Shown piece by piece: positions 1 through 12,210 of a stretch of 64,000 nucleotides of DNA; position 1 is the stretch's first letter, and each line of letters starts with the position of its first letter. The DNA comes from Schizochytrium sp. TIO01 (taxonomy: Eukaryota; Protista; Bigyra: Labyrinthulomycetes): assembly GCA_004764695.1 (NCBI GenBank), contig SMSO01000037.1:286747-350746 (forward strand), written 5' to 3'. The notes under the pieces were generated by a model. The model saw only the letters and a program-made list of their open reading frames with translations. It had not been told where the DNA came from and searched no databases. A program made the position numbers and the translations under genes.

Positions 1-122
1 CCTTGAAATCTTGAGAGGTCAAACTTTGGTTAGCCAAGCAGGTAAGTACCTAGGTAGGGGTAGCTAGTACTTAGGTAAGTACGCCTGTGCTTAGTTTAGT
101 TTTGATTTGTTGAGAGGAAGCG

Positions 123-124
123 GA

Positions 125-163
<39 letters not shown>
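123..163. repeat. (GAAA)n microsatellite followed by short (GCATA)n
   Basis: Directly visible tandem repeat. Confidence 0.9.
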
Positions 164-164
<1 letters not shown>

Positions 165-791
165 CAGGCAAAGCATAGCATAGCATAGTATAGAGTAGCA
201 GAGCATAGCGAGGCGTAGCGTGGCGGAGGCCTATGGTAAAGGGTAGGTGGGGCTAGCTAGGGAGGAGGCTTTGTTTTCTTAGTTTGTTTGACGATGATCA
301 CTTATGGAAAGTAGAAAGGAAGGAAGAAAGAAAGTGTTTGTTTAAACTTTGATTGAAAATACTTTTGAATTGGGAAATGATTGACTCGGAAAGAGAAATG
401 AAAAAAGAAGGAAAGTTGCAGCGGCAAAGCAGAAACCGGCTGTCTCAGACTGCCGCATCGCAGCAACGCCTCTGGCGATTCAATCTTGCGCCGCGACGCT
501 GACCTGCACAAACTTGCCAGCAAACCCGGATCGAGAACAGGCCCGCCACCAGAAAGACAAACTCAGAAACCATATAACAAAGGCGCCGCCACAGCAACAA
601 CAGACCTGGAGCTTCGCGAACAGCACTCTGCTCGTCACCCCCCCCCCCAAATATATATATATCATACTGTATCAAATACATATCTATATAATATCACATC
701 AAGAGCGCCTCTCTTGGTCAAGTTCTCTCGTGTGACACCGCATACGTGATTTGATCAAAGTAGAACTCGGCGCTCAGTAGACAAAACCATA

Positions 792-2108
792 ATGGAGACA
801 ATGATCAAGACAGAGTACATGGGCATCCGTGAACCGCTTGATGCCGATGTTGATGCAATGCTCAAGGAATCGTTTTTGTCCGATGACGAGGTTCTTGGCC
901 TCGGATTGCAGCTTGTGAAGATGGAGGACGAAAGCCACCACGACGAGAACGATGATGATGATCTTTTGGATCTTGACGCCGCGCAGATGATGGACCTCGA
1001 GCTCCCACCACTGATGGACTCAACGACTTCGTTCGTAGACCAGATCGACTTCTCACCAGCCAACGAAAGGAGAATTGGAGAGAAGAACAAGCGCAGGAGC
1101 AACAGCTTTTCACACGAAGATTCTGTCGCATACACAGCTGCGCCTTTGCCTCCTGCTTCGGTTTCGAGAACAACCACCACCAAGGGTGGCGTAAACCGAT
1201 CCCTTTTGCAAGACCAGGTTCACTCAATCGTGAAACAAGAGCCTGATACCGAGGAGCAACAGCCGCCTCGTGCTGCCCTGACAAGCGACCTCAATGCTCT
1301 TTCGAACCCAAGCTCTCGTCAGAATGAGTTCATGCGTGTGACTTCGCAGCCTCCTCTCGAGGTTCGTACTCGCACCAAGAACGAGAACCGCACCTTCGGC
1401 TGCGAGGTTCAGGTTCTTCGCATTCCGGATCCTGCAAACGCAAAGGCTAGCGTGGAGTTATGCTATGCTACCGACACCAGCGTCATCATCTCTACAATGG
1501 GCGGCACTCTTACTCGTCCTGTGGCCAAGGGTCGTGTCACGTTTGACGACCTCAGTGTCAGTGTGGCCTCCCCCAAACACGCAGAGAAAGAGTTTGTGCT
1601 TAAGGTTACCCTTGCCGGTGCTCCCGACCACCCTGTGTACTCAACGCCTTTCTATGCTTATTCCCACAAGAGCGTCTTGAAGCGTCGCCGTGAGGTATCT
1701 CTTCGTGCTGCTAGCCACAATGTTGTTTCCGCTCGCGGTGGCGAAGACATGCACGTCGTTGGTCTCCCCTTTGTGCGATCTGACCGCCTTCAAGTCGTCT
1801 TCCGCGTGCACAAAAGACACTGCTCGGATTGCCTCGAAAGCGTCCAGGCAGAGAGCTCCATGCACGGTGCAACAAACCCCAATGAAGACTGGTTTTCCAT
1901 TCGAGCTACAGACCTTGAGTTCTTTTCAGAGAGCGTACTCTTCTTCCGCACTCCTACCGTCTTTGCCAACACCACACAAGATGTACCATGTTCTCTTCAA
2001 GTTACCAATGATGGTCGTAATTTCTCGGCCTCTATCCCCGTGGTCTTCAATGCTGACGGCCCCCCCTCACCAAAACGCCACTGTGCTGCAATTCGCTCTC
2101 GTATGTAA
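792..2108 (+). CDS. Putative transcription factor: acidic N-terminus, Ig-fold (STAT/Rel-like) DNA-binding domain, IPT/TIG domain (438 aa)
   Basis: Long ATG-initiated ORF. RVTSQPP...VTFDDLSVSVASPKH..EFVLKVTL...VYSTPFYAYSH resembles STAT/CudA-type beta-sandwich domains. SARGGEDMHVVGLPF...VLFFRTP...LQVTNDGRNFS matches the IPT/TIG pattern. Basic NLS-like patches KRRR and PKRH. Confidence 0.7.
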   Translation: METMIKTEYMGIREPLDADVDAMLKESFLSDDEVLGLGLQLVKMEDESHHDENDDDDLLDLDAAQMMDLELPPLMDSTTSFVDQIDFSPANERRIGEKNKRRSNSFSHEDSVAYTAAPLPPASVSRTTTTKGGVNRSLLQDQVHSIVKQEPDTEEQQPPRAALTSDLNALSNPSSRQNEFMRVTSQPPLEVRTRTKNENRTFGCEVQVLRIPDPANAKASVELCYATDTSVIISTMGGTLTRPVAKGRVTFDDLSVSVASPKHAEKEFVLKVTLAGAPDHPVYSTPFYAYSHKSVLKRRREVSLRAASHNVVSARGGEDMHVVGLPFVRSDRLQVVFRVHKRHCSDCLESVQAESSMHGATNPNEDWFSIRATDLEFFSESVLFFRTPTVFANTTQDVPCSLQVTNDGRNFSASIPVVFNADGPPSPKRHCAAIRSRM

Positions 2109-3005
2109 ACGTGGGCACGTCGTGCAGTCATTTTTTTTATCTATGTTCTCTTTTTGCGAGTTATGTAGGGTTGTTTGAGTTTGCAATCGATCTCTTGACC
2201 TGCCATATCATCGTGCTGTGCTCTCTGCGTTTTACGCTCTTCTCTTTTTTCCACTCTTTCATTTTTCTTTTTGCTGTGGATACTGCGCTTGCTCTTCGCG
2301 CGCACCCACATATTTATCTATATTTCCGGGAACGCACGTGCTTCCTCTCTTTAATCGACATACCCATGTGCTGATTTTATTTAGAATTGATTGATTGAAT
2401 GTGATTGATTAATTTTGACCTGATCTTTCCTACTTTTCATTACTCACTTACCGTTGCCTTTTTAGTCCCACGTGTTGAAGTCTAGTCTCCAGCTTGAAAA
2501 ACGGCAAAGATACAACTTTTATTTTATTCTAGTCCTTTTAATTTATAAACTATTTCACCAACCACTAAAACGAGCTTGTTTGATAGTATACTAAACTTTC
2601 GAGTTCTGGGTCTGCTACCAAGAGTTTCGAAAGAAAACACTTCTTCTTACTGATGCATACATTATGTATGTTCGAATGTCGTTTCTTTAGGAAGGTCAAA
2701 AAAGACCTAAGGATATTTTTCACAGATTGTTGTGATTCGTGAACTCGCTTGACGCAAGGGAACAGGAAGAAAAAAAGAAAAAAAGAAGGAGAAGGTATGT
2801 TTCAATAATCAGGTCAAGGCAAATTAAGTCGCACGCTCTCACCATGACCACTTGAGAGAAGAAAGCACATAGATATAACGACAGACCTTAGTGGAGGATC
2901 AATTCAATTTCTCACCTTCAAACACAAAATTAAAACCATTTCAGAGTCTTCCCTCACCTGCCCCCAAAACTGGCTGGAATGAGCCATGGCCGTTGAACCA
3001 ACACA

Positions 3006-5105
3006 TCAGTGTTGCAAGGACATTTGAATCGCCTTTTGTAAGTCATCGTCATCCCCCAATCCCCGTCGTACAGGTGACTAGGATAGGCGGAAATGGGAAA
3101 TCCCGAATTCTCCGACTCCGACTCCCGCAACGCTTGCTCTATATACATTCGCTCGATCTCATCCTGCTCAGATGATTCCTTTACAGCCTGCTCAATCTGT
3201 GCTTGCTCGCTCGCACGAATTGCATCGAGAATTGCCTGTTGCTCAGTAGCTTCTACATCTGACAATCGCACTGCAGCATGGGCTGATGAATCATTTTCCG
3301 ACTCTCTCACAGCACCTTCAACCAAGTGACGCTCATCCTCAGATGCCTGGATGAGTGAGGCTGCCAAAGCCTGCTCCAAGTCGCCACCTTCTTCCATATA
3401 CTGCTGGCGAGAGGCCATGATTGCCATATCCATTTCATCCTGCTCTTGCTTACCCCGCATTGTTACGAGTTCCCCAATTTCGTCTTCCGTCTGCCCAGCC
3501 CTTCGTGCTTTAGAAATAGCAATACGCTCACCCTCAACCTCGCCAACTTCGCCTCGGCCGCTTGAAAGAAGGGCTTCCCCAAAGCCAGGCCCCTTTAGGG
3601 AGTCATAGTGCCCTCCACCATAGAAGGATAACAATATTGGCGCACGAGAGGATCGCTCATCACCTATCTCGTGAAATGTGCGTAGTTGCTTTGCGCCACA
3701 GCTTGAATCATACGCCCAAACACGTGCCGGACGGTTATAGATCTCGCACATGGCTTGAATCTCCAGATCATCACCCCAAACTCCATTCCGCCGCTTGTTG
3801 GCAATATAGGCACTAAAGCGAGCTGCACCACCTACTACAAAAGGTTCAAAGTAAGATCGTTCAATTTCCATATAGTCCATACAAAAAGCACGTACTTCCC
3901 GATGGTACGAAGCATCGCCATAGACTTGGTGACTGACTGCGCGAAAAAGGCAATTTCCATCGCCCCTCATTTCCACAACTTCCATGTGTTGGGCACGAAG
4001 AGCCTCCAGGTAAGTTTGCAGACGAGGATCTCCACGTGAGCCAATACCTCGCTTATGTTGTTTGCGTTGTGCAGACCACGAGAGACGCCGAGTTTTACCC
4101 TTAATGCTGCCTGTTTGAAGTGGGTCATCAAGCCGAATCTCTGTCAATGCACCTCCTGATGCACCTGCCGAAGTATTGATACCACGACCCCTGCGATACC
4201 ATGATTTGCGTCTACCCTTCTTTGGAAGACGCTTATTTATATAGTCGCCACGGTACATATTATCACGATGAGTCGGGTCTTGAGTCAAAGCACCATAAGG
4301 TTGAAGCATGTTGATGTAGATCCGCTCCCTTTTTGCTTCATTGCAAAGTAATACCCGCACCCTCGCATTATCTTCCACACATTCCACGCGAGCTTGTTTC
4401 GACTGGGATCTGCGAGGATCTGTGTTGCAACAGAACTCAACAATCTGCCCTGGCTTAGGGATCTTATTAAACTCAGGTACAAAACAATGCGTACCGTACG
4501 GTGCCAAGGTGCTCCTGTTGTCAAGGTTGAAAGGGCGCACTATATCTTCAAAGAGAAAACGAACCTGAACCAGATTCGGCGATTTGTCATTGCGAGTTTC
4601 TACGATGCCTTCCCTCCATTCATGAGAGCCTTCGGGCCTTACATCTACAAGATCTCCTTCTTCAGGGAGAAAAATTCTCCATTGCACCATTCTTAAAGTC
4701 ATCTTCCTCCCGAGGCGAGGGAATCTCAGTTCCGCGATGGCGGTTAACAAACGTATCATCCTCATCATCCTCATCGTCTTCTCCAAAGCCCGGGTCAGAA
4801 GAATAATTGAAATCTGACTCTTCAGAATTTACATTGGGTCCTCCAAGATTATACAGGTCCGCGTCTTTGCCCTCTTTGGCCTCTCTATAAGTTCTGCTTT
4901 GCAAAGACCTTCCTTGTGAAGAAACACCTCCTCGATTCCGTGCAGAATCGTCCCGCCGCACTTCCGTCATTTTGCGGCTCCTTCGAGCGTCTTTGTGGTC
5001 GTTTTCCCGTTTCCGGTGGTTGTTTCCTGTATTGCTATTGTTATGATTGTCATCGCTTAAGCAATCGTCTGAGTCGGAGTCGCGGCAACTTTCACGCCAA
5101 GTCAT
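3006..5105 (-). CDS. OTU-family deubiquitinase (OTUD5-like) with two Tudor/Agenet-like domains and C-terminal UIMs; ~699 aa after correcting two 1-nt frameshifts (~4672, ~3055)
   Basis: Catalytic motifs GDGNCLFRAVS and YGGGHYDS, plus WGDDLEIQA. UIM-like DLEQALAASL and EQALRES. ORFs 4662..5129 and 2954..4786 join at a T5 run (MENF-LPEEGDL). A -1 shift at a G5 run restores the terminal UIM DDDDLQKAIQMSLQH*, with TGA at 3006-3008. ATG at 5105. Confidence 0.88.
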
Positions 5106-7222
5106 GGCTGAGATGAAGATGATGCTCAATCGAGCCGTGTCAACTCGTGAACCTTGCGAGAAGGTTGTGCACGCACCCTTGACGTGGGCAGCAGAGGGTG
5201 GGCCGTAGGAAAGCTTGCAAGAACCCTGCGAAAGCTTATCGACTCGAAGAGCGCGCAGAATCTAAGTGGGATTTCATTATTACTCCGGAACATTTTTCTG
5301 CTCAGCATATTGATTTATTAGCACTTTCATAACAACTATGCTAAGAATCCTAGCCTGTGCGTCTTCACTTCCTTACGTGCCTGAAAAGGGGAAAAGGACA
5401 TAGTAGTAACTACTACTGTTGATTGGAGAATTATCCACATGAGGGCTACCTACAATATAGATTTCAAGTCGTGGAAACGAATAAAACAACCGATAGGAAT
5501 TGTTTCCTTTGTGTACTCTGTATCAAGCTGGGAAAATCGGGGCTCCGCAACAAAGGGAAATTCATGTATTCTACAAGCCAAATCTGAGAAAGTTTGAAGG
5601 AATGCAGCAACTCTAAACTTATTGACTCTTTTCACTAGGGATCTTACACTATTAGGAGGCCCACAAACCCTCTAAATGTAGCCTTAGAGTAGCAATTTAC
5701 TTGTTTTCTACTCTTTCTATAACATCACTCTATAGAAATATTGAGCTAGAAACAACTTGTATGACTGGTCGCAACATGATTAAGTTGCCGCTTATGAGAA
5801 GAGAACATCAGCAATGCACCATAAATTAAATTCAGTATAACTTATGAGTCTGTCCCAATTTTATATTTTCCCTTTTTCTCTATTTCTGCAAAAGAGAACA
5901 AAAAAAAGGCCGCTCAGATTTGACGCCAAGAGCAACTGCAAAACAAAGTTGACTGATAATTGTCAAAATTATGATCTCAGCAATGCTCACTAAGATTATG
6001 AAGAACCACGATAACCTAAATAGGAGTACAGCAATTTTAAAAGCGTGAAGCTCGATTGCTTAAAATAGGAGTTAAACACAATCAAGTCAAGCTAGCATAC
6101 TTTCGTCCGAGTGGCAAAATATTATTTAGGTCGTAAGCGAGGTCCATGTCTGGGCAGTTCCTTTTTTTTTTTTTTTTTTAAATCAGAGCAAGCTTGCGTC
6201 TCAGATACTCTCTGCAAACATGTTGATGGGTTCAAGTCTTCAATCTTCGTCCATTTTTCCTGGAGAAGCTTGAATGGTTCGTGTTCGATGTGTTTTGCTC
6301 TGATAAATGCAATTAACCTCCTATAATAGTCCCTGTACTTATAACCTTTACCAATGCCGCAGACTTGGAGACTCCTCACCACGGCAAAATCCTCCGTAAT
6401 GATATTTACATGGACTTCCTATAATTCAGATGTATAAATCTTGCACATGTGCATCATGTTTTGTTACTTGTTATAATAATAGTAATTACTATACAATAGT
6501 TTTTTCTGTGGTCCACGTTACTGGAACGGGAAAAGGAAGAATCAGAGCAAATATGCCTTCTCCAACTTTTCAATGCAAGTTTTTCATCGTTCAACTTTGT
6601 TCTTAAACTACAAAAGGAAAGGGGAATAAGGCATGACACAAAAACAATCTTATATGGTAGGTAGCAACTATGATTATAACGAGAGCCTGGTCAGGTCGTT
6701 CCGAGGTTGTCCAAGAATTCAAGTCTCATTATATGATACTCTGCCTCAGGTTTTGCTCCCTAGACTAGACTAGTAGGCTGCAGACTTAGGAGCACTGCAC
6801 TTCAATTATCCTAGATATACAGCATTGTAAACTGACCCCTTTTCATGCCTCATTCCCCGAACTATTCTTCTTAGGAGTTCAGAAGGCTCTGCCAAGCGGC
6901 CCAGCTAGGAACCATGTTGACGGATTCTCTACTCACGGAGAAATTCGATTGCGCTTGCCCACCACCAACAGAGCCTCTGCAACGATAAATACTACCTATG
7001 ACCATCCCTAAAGTTAATAAAGCGGCACCAAAGTTTCTACGAATTCTGGATTGAGTCGTTTGTGACCCTCCTGGCAATCTTTAATATTGGTTTCTAAGAA
7101 ACTAGTTAGTAGGAAGAGTGAGTGATGGACATAGATTCACACTCCCAGTAAAAGCAAACCCCAATCGTCCCGACGACCAACGTCGAACAATACTACTCCA
7201 TTCAAAAACTGACTGAGCGAAA

Positions 7223-8476
7223 ATGGCAGATTTCGTGCCAGCTCTTGCCGGACTTGTGGCTGTTTTGGTGCTTGCACGGCAGCGCTGGAGCGCATCTCAA
7301 AATGGACAAAGCTCGACTTCATCAGCTGCGCCTGCAAAGGAGGAGAGGCCTACAGGGATTCGCTTTGTAGGTTTCAATGACGTTCCTGGCGATAATGAGC
7401 ATCCAGCTCCTGGTGTCCTTGCCGTAGATTGCGAAAGTCGCAAGGTGGAGCGTTCCTTGACGCACCATCGATGCCCCTACAAGGCCACTAGCCAGGAAAT
7501 TCGTGGTGATAGCTCCACCGACCTAGTCTTCGAAGCAGTCCGCAAGAAGCACAAGATTCTTGAAGGAATTCATGCTGTGACTGTGAATCATTTTGACATT
7601 GATGCTTTCACCAGTGTTCTTACGACGTTGGGACCTCGGGAGCGTGTTCTGCGCTACGAAGACGTCATTCGAGAGACCGCACGAATCGGCGATTTCCGCG
7701 ACCTCGATTATGAAAGCCTTAAAGCTGGCAACGTAAATGTTGTCCGAGGCTTGCAGCTCTGTTGTTTTCTCAACACCGTTGAACGTACTGAATTTGCGAG
7801 GCCGTTTGAAGATGGCAGCGACCCTCTTAAGTGGAGCCTATTCCTGAACGATTCGCGTGTCTGGGATATTATTGAGGGTCGTGGAGAACTGCACCGCTCA
7901 ATCTGGGGGCAGGAGTATGACCGCGTCGTAAGTGACTGTGAGTCGATTCGCCGCGTGCAGCGCTTTAAAGACGTTGGCCTTACGGTAGTCGAAGCCCCTG
8001 AGCCGATTCATTACTATGCTCTTTTTTCCAACAGTCCCGAAGATATTGTTTTGGCTATGTATGATGGCAACCGCTACGAGCTTGAACAACGTTATTCCAC
8101 GTATGTAGAGATCTGCTCGCGCCCAGTTTACCCACGAATTTGCATGACACCTCTTGCAAAAATGCTTCAGGAGGCTACCGGTGAGCCCTGGCATGCTAAT
8201 CGCTTTATCGACTCTGGTCCGATGATGCGTATTGATGAGCCTAAGAAGGCACTTAGCAAGGCGGAGCGTTACGGTCATTCCTTTGAGCGCCCTATCTACG
8301 CTTCTAAACTGTCTCCTGAGCAAATGCAAGAGATTGTTCATGCATACTTCAAGTTTGGGCTCAAGCAAGCTGGCGCCGAGTTCCCGGTCCCTGCTCAGCA
8401 GCTTCCTTGGGCCAAACTCCACGAGCTCAATGGATCAATTAATTGGTCTGAGTTTACATTGCCTCTCGAATGTTAA
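7223..8476 (+). CDS. DUF6687-like / DHH-phosphoesterase-like protein with N-terminal membrane anchor (417 aa)
   Basis: Long ORF with hydrophobic N-terminus. Motifs AVDC...LTHH...GDSSTD...VTVNHFDIDAF..., ARIGDF and RYELEQRYSTYV resemble, from memory, the mostly bacterial DUF6687 family. Confidence 0.65.
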   Translation: MADFVPALAGLVAVLVLARQRWSASQNGQSSTSSAAPAKEERPTGIRFVGFNDVPGDNEHPAPGVLAVDCESRKVERSLTHHRCPYKATSQEIRGDSSTDLVFEAVRKKHKILEGIHAVTVNHFDIDAFTSVLTTLGPRERVLRYEDVIRETARIGDFRDLDYESLKAGNVNVVRGLQLCCFLNTVERTEFARPFEDGSDPLKWSLFLNDSRVWDIIEGRGELHRSIWGQEYDRVVSDCESIRRVQRFKDVGLTVVEAPEPIHYYALFSNSPEDIVLAMYDGNRYELEQRYSTYVEICSRPVYPRICMTPLAKMLQEATGEPWHANRFIDSGPMMRIDEPKKALSKAERYGHSFERPIYASKLSPEQMQEIVHAYFKFGLKQAGAEFPVPAQQLPWAKLHELNGSINWSEFTLPLEC

Positions 8477-9026
8477 AGTATAGTTCTTTTGTTGCTATAC
8501 AATCCCTTTTATTCGCTTCTGGACTATCTTGAGTGACTCTTGCTAACAGTCTCAGACCTTCGTCAAAATTCATTGTCATGTCTTTCAACCTAAATATTCG
8601 AAATCAAATCTTTGTCAGAACGATAATAGCATACCTGTAGTGGCAACAGTTACTAAATTCGGCGAAATGAAGCAACTTGAAGTTATCCTTTATTTCCTAA
8701 TTTCTACAACAACTAAAATAGTGATTACGATCATGCGCCTTAGCTAGGAGCTTGAAGCGTCTCCATTCTCAGAATACATTTTGAACCAATGTGCACACAA
8801 TAACTCTCACTCAGCACACGTATGTGTGTGTCTGTGTGGCTGTAGCACCAGGGTTTCTAGGAAATGCCATTTAGGAAGACAATCTAATACGGGGCTCCTC
8901 CAGTCAAGAGTCTAACTACCATGTTATTCTTCTCCTGTCATCAATGTGTATGTACTAAAAAGAATAGCTGAGGAAGAGATAAAAAAGTAGGTGACATCTC
9001 TCTGATATGCATATTTTAGATGCCGT

Positions 9027-10097
9027 CTAACGGATTTGTGGTCTCATTGTGTTTCCTAAACGGCGCAATACCTCTTTCGGCAGGCGATTGAGCCGTGTGC
9101 GGACCTCCATAGCGTTTACTGAGGTGCAGGACATGCTACCCATGTCATCACGGTCAAAAGTCACGCTACCAACGTTAGACACAGTAGGTTGCACCATCTC
9201 GATAAAACCAGAGTCAATTACATCCGAGGCAGAAAGGCGTAGATCTAATCCCGAGAGAAATGGCGCCTCCACACGCATTTGCTCTGCGCTTCGTCCTCGA
9301 GTAGCTAGTTCCATAAAATGAACCTTTTCGGTACTTTCATCATCTTGAACGGATGATTCTGGCGTTTGACTACCTTCAGATTGTGTTGGGGTGGGTTCTG
9401 GGGAACATAGCCCTCGGAAAGGCTCAAGAGAAGGTACGCGAAGAACAATGCTTGAAATAGAAGCTGGCAGTACTCTCATAACAGGAACCAAATCTTCGTA
9501 GTTCTCAGATGATCCAAAACTAATTACGCTAGGCATCACCGACTGTGTCGCAAGGCTTCGGAGCAAACTGGAAGTCTGGTAGAATCGATCCTCGTCTTCG
9601 CCGAAAACAATCTCCTTGACATGAGTTTGGTCATCCTCTTTTGCTTCACGCACTGCCTCAGCACGATCGATGGTTGCCTCCGTAGGGTCAAGAAAAATCA
9701 TCGGGTGACATGAAGGATGGGCAATCCACGCAAGCTGCTGTAAAAGTCCTGCACTTTGTGTGAGCGTTGGTTGTGGTGCTGCCTCTAGAATACCTTCTTG
9801 TACATCCTTGAAACAAATGGCGAGAAGCTGCTGAGCTGGCGGTGCTTTCATGGTTTTTCGAGCCCTGGAAATCCAATCCACTGATGCAAATTCGATAGAT
9901 ACTACGTCATCCGTGACCGCAGCATGGTATTGCTCGTTCGCGAGCGCAAACCATGTCGCTGAAGACCTTTTGGCAGGCTCTTGCGCAGCTTTGAGGCCTA
10001 AAACATCAGTGAAAAGTTTGAACGAGCTTTTCACAGTGGATTCTCCATCACACCACACAAGAAGCCTTGCCACGCGAGCTCCTCCATGGGATGTCAT
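9027..10097 (-). CDS. Hypothetical protein, possibly divergent VOC/glyoxalase-like fold (356 aa)
   Basis: Long ATG-initiated ORF. N-terminal SFKLFTDVLGL..A...TWFAL is reminiscent of VOC folds. Function unresolved. Confidence 0.6.
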   Translation of the reverse strand: MTSHGGARVARLLVWCDGESTVKSSFKLFTDVLGLKAAQEPAKRSSATWFALANEQYHAAVTDDVVSIEFASVDWISRARKTMKAPPAQQLLAICFKDVQEGILEAAPQPTLTQSAGLLQQLAWIAHPSCHPMIFLDPTEATIDRAEAVREAKEDDQTHVKEIVFGEDEDRFYQTSSLLRSLATQSVMPSVISFGSSENYEDLVPVMRVLPASISSIVLRVPSLEPFRGLCSPEPTPTQSEGSQTPESSVQDDESTEKVHFMELATRGRSAEQMRVEAPFLSGLDLRLSASDVIDSGFIEMVQPTVSNVGSVTFDRDDMGSMSCTSVNAMEVRTRLNRLPKEVLRRLGNTMRPQIR

Positions 10098-10713
10098 TCC
10101 TGTGAAACGATTTTAACTTCAACAAAACCAGAAGGGTCTTGCAGCCAATCCCGGACAATTGGTTTTGCAATCTGCGATTTGCTCACGGTTTTGGGTGTCT
10201 TGGAGTGGGTTGCTTTTCTGCATTCTCGTTTTGCAAGATTGCATTGTAATTAACCTTAAGCATTCCTAGTCATTTCTTATTTCCAAAGTGTAGTACCTCC
10301 TAACCATTTCTCCTAATCATAGTTCTACTGTCTCCTAGAACCAGATTTCTTCATCATGTTCACCATCCGGTTCGTTGTTTGCGAACACTTACGATAATTC
10401 AATGCACATCTACATGAAAATTCTAATTGATGTTATCAGGAATGTACCTTTCATCGATTTGGAGTGCCTGCGCAAGTTTTAATTGGCAACTTAACTTCAA
10501 AAAGGCATTTTAGAACCATTACCTCCATGTCAAAGATTGCTTGAGGAATTGTTCGATAGCCATTTCCTACTAACTCCTAATCGATCCTTTAGTTGGGAAA
10601 AAGAGGTACCAGTACCTACTTTGGTCCCTCGCGTTGGCCATTCATCGTGTTCATCGAGACGCAGAAGAGTGATCAAATCTGGTTCACGAGCAGAGATCGC
10701 AGGGTTTACAACA

Positions 10714-11076
10714 ATGGAGGACCCCGGAAACGCACGCCTGGAGGCGCTCCAACGCGTGGAGGAACTCATGGTTGCAAAGGACTATGAAGTACGACGCCTT
10801 GAGGTGTGGAAACTCCGGGAGCGGGCGAATCGTGATGTTGTTAACGAGTTGCGCTTTGGCAGCGCTGGAGACCGTTTACGCGCTCAAAACGAAACTTGGG
10901 CAATGGTTTCTGAGGACCTCATGTTGGATCTGTCTCCTCAACAATCTGAGGGCATGATTTTGAGGGAGCAGACGGATCTACGCGCTAAGATTACCGAGGC
11001 ACAGAACAGGATTCAGGAAATTGATGTTGCTATCAAGACTGCAAACGCAGCATTTGTTGCTGCAAATACTAGGTGA
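10714..11076 (+). CDS. PDRG1: PDRG1-like prefoldin beta-type subunit (120 aa)
   Basis: Helix / beta-hairpin / helix layout. RERANRDVVNEL...ETWAMVSEDLMLDLSPQQSEGMILREQTDLRAKI parallels the PDRG1 pattern NREAL..W....F....DQ..L...I. ATG in ACAACAATGG context. Confidence 0.6.
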   Translation: MEDPGNARLEALQRVEELMVAKDYEVRRLEVWKLRERANRDVVNELRFGSAGDRLRAQNETWAMVSEDLMLDLSPQQSEGMILREQTDLRAKITEAQNRIQEIDVAIKTANAAFVAANTR

Positions 11077-12210
11077 AAATTGTTAATTCCTGTCTGTCTG
11101 ATAAACTTCCTTCTTTGAGGAAAGGGATTCATTAACTGCCCGAACTTTGGCTATATATATATATATATACGGCGCTTATTCGGCATACTCAAGATAATGT
11201 TTTGATCAAAAGATGAATCTTATCACGATAAATTGGGATAGCATTCACAGAAAAACTGTCCTGCAGATCGTATCTGTGTCGTATTAGCAAAATCTGCATT
11301 TCCGTTATGCTTTTCAATATAAATGGCGTCACTTAGCTCCCGTCAACAAAGCCTATGCGTGAGGGCACTTTTCACAGCTTTTGCACGAGGTCTGGGTTCA
11401 AGTATTCCTCTCCCGACCCTTTCTTTTCCAACAATCAAGTTACAAAACACTGTAATACATAAGTATAATTGTCAAACGAATATTCTCTGACTAGAAAGAG
11501 AAGATATTCTATTGAATTTGATTTGACTTTTACGATTACTTTTTTTAATTTTAATAAATAAATAAAAGATCTTATCGCTTCTAGTAGAGCTCAGGTGGAG
11601 AACTTCTGCTACGCACGGAGAATGAAGAGTTGTCTGATTGAATTCACAGATGAAAGTTTGCAGACATTCGCCAATGCGACTTTAGCATATGCCGTTTTGG
11701 AGCTGTATGCTGGACATATTCGATCTTAATCAATCCATGGAATGGAAACATATATTCTATATGCCACTGGTAGCACTCAAAGAAAGAAGGGCTACCAATT
11801 TAACTCACTCTGTGATGGGGCGGGGAACGCTTTTCGGTGATGTGCTTGATTTGATGGATTTATAATGGCCGATAGCAAGCAGCGCTATTTGTTGCTAATG
11901 AGTTGCCTTTCAAGGAGAACTAAATGTTTTATGCCTTGTGAGCAAAGGTACAGACTCATAGTGTTTATAACGTTTTGCTGCGCAGATGAATGAAGGCTGC
12001 GATATCTTATTACTCTGTGCAGCAAAAAAAAATCACTTCGTGCGTGTTCTAACTCCAACTCCAAAATCCCTTGTAGATACGCTTGCGCTTGTCCACACAA
12101 CTTTTTACGATTCTGTGTTTTGTTTTTTGTTTTGTTCAATGGGAGAAGAGCGAATGAGAATGCAACGAATGGGAAAATAAACAAGCATATGCAAAATTGA
12201 ACGATCGCGC

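Noticed and set aside
11325-11420. tRNA/SINE-like GGTCTGGGTTCAAGT (B-box-like)
   Set aside because: No cloverleaf or convincing A box could be built.
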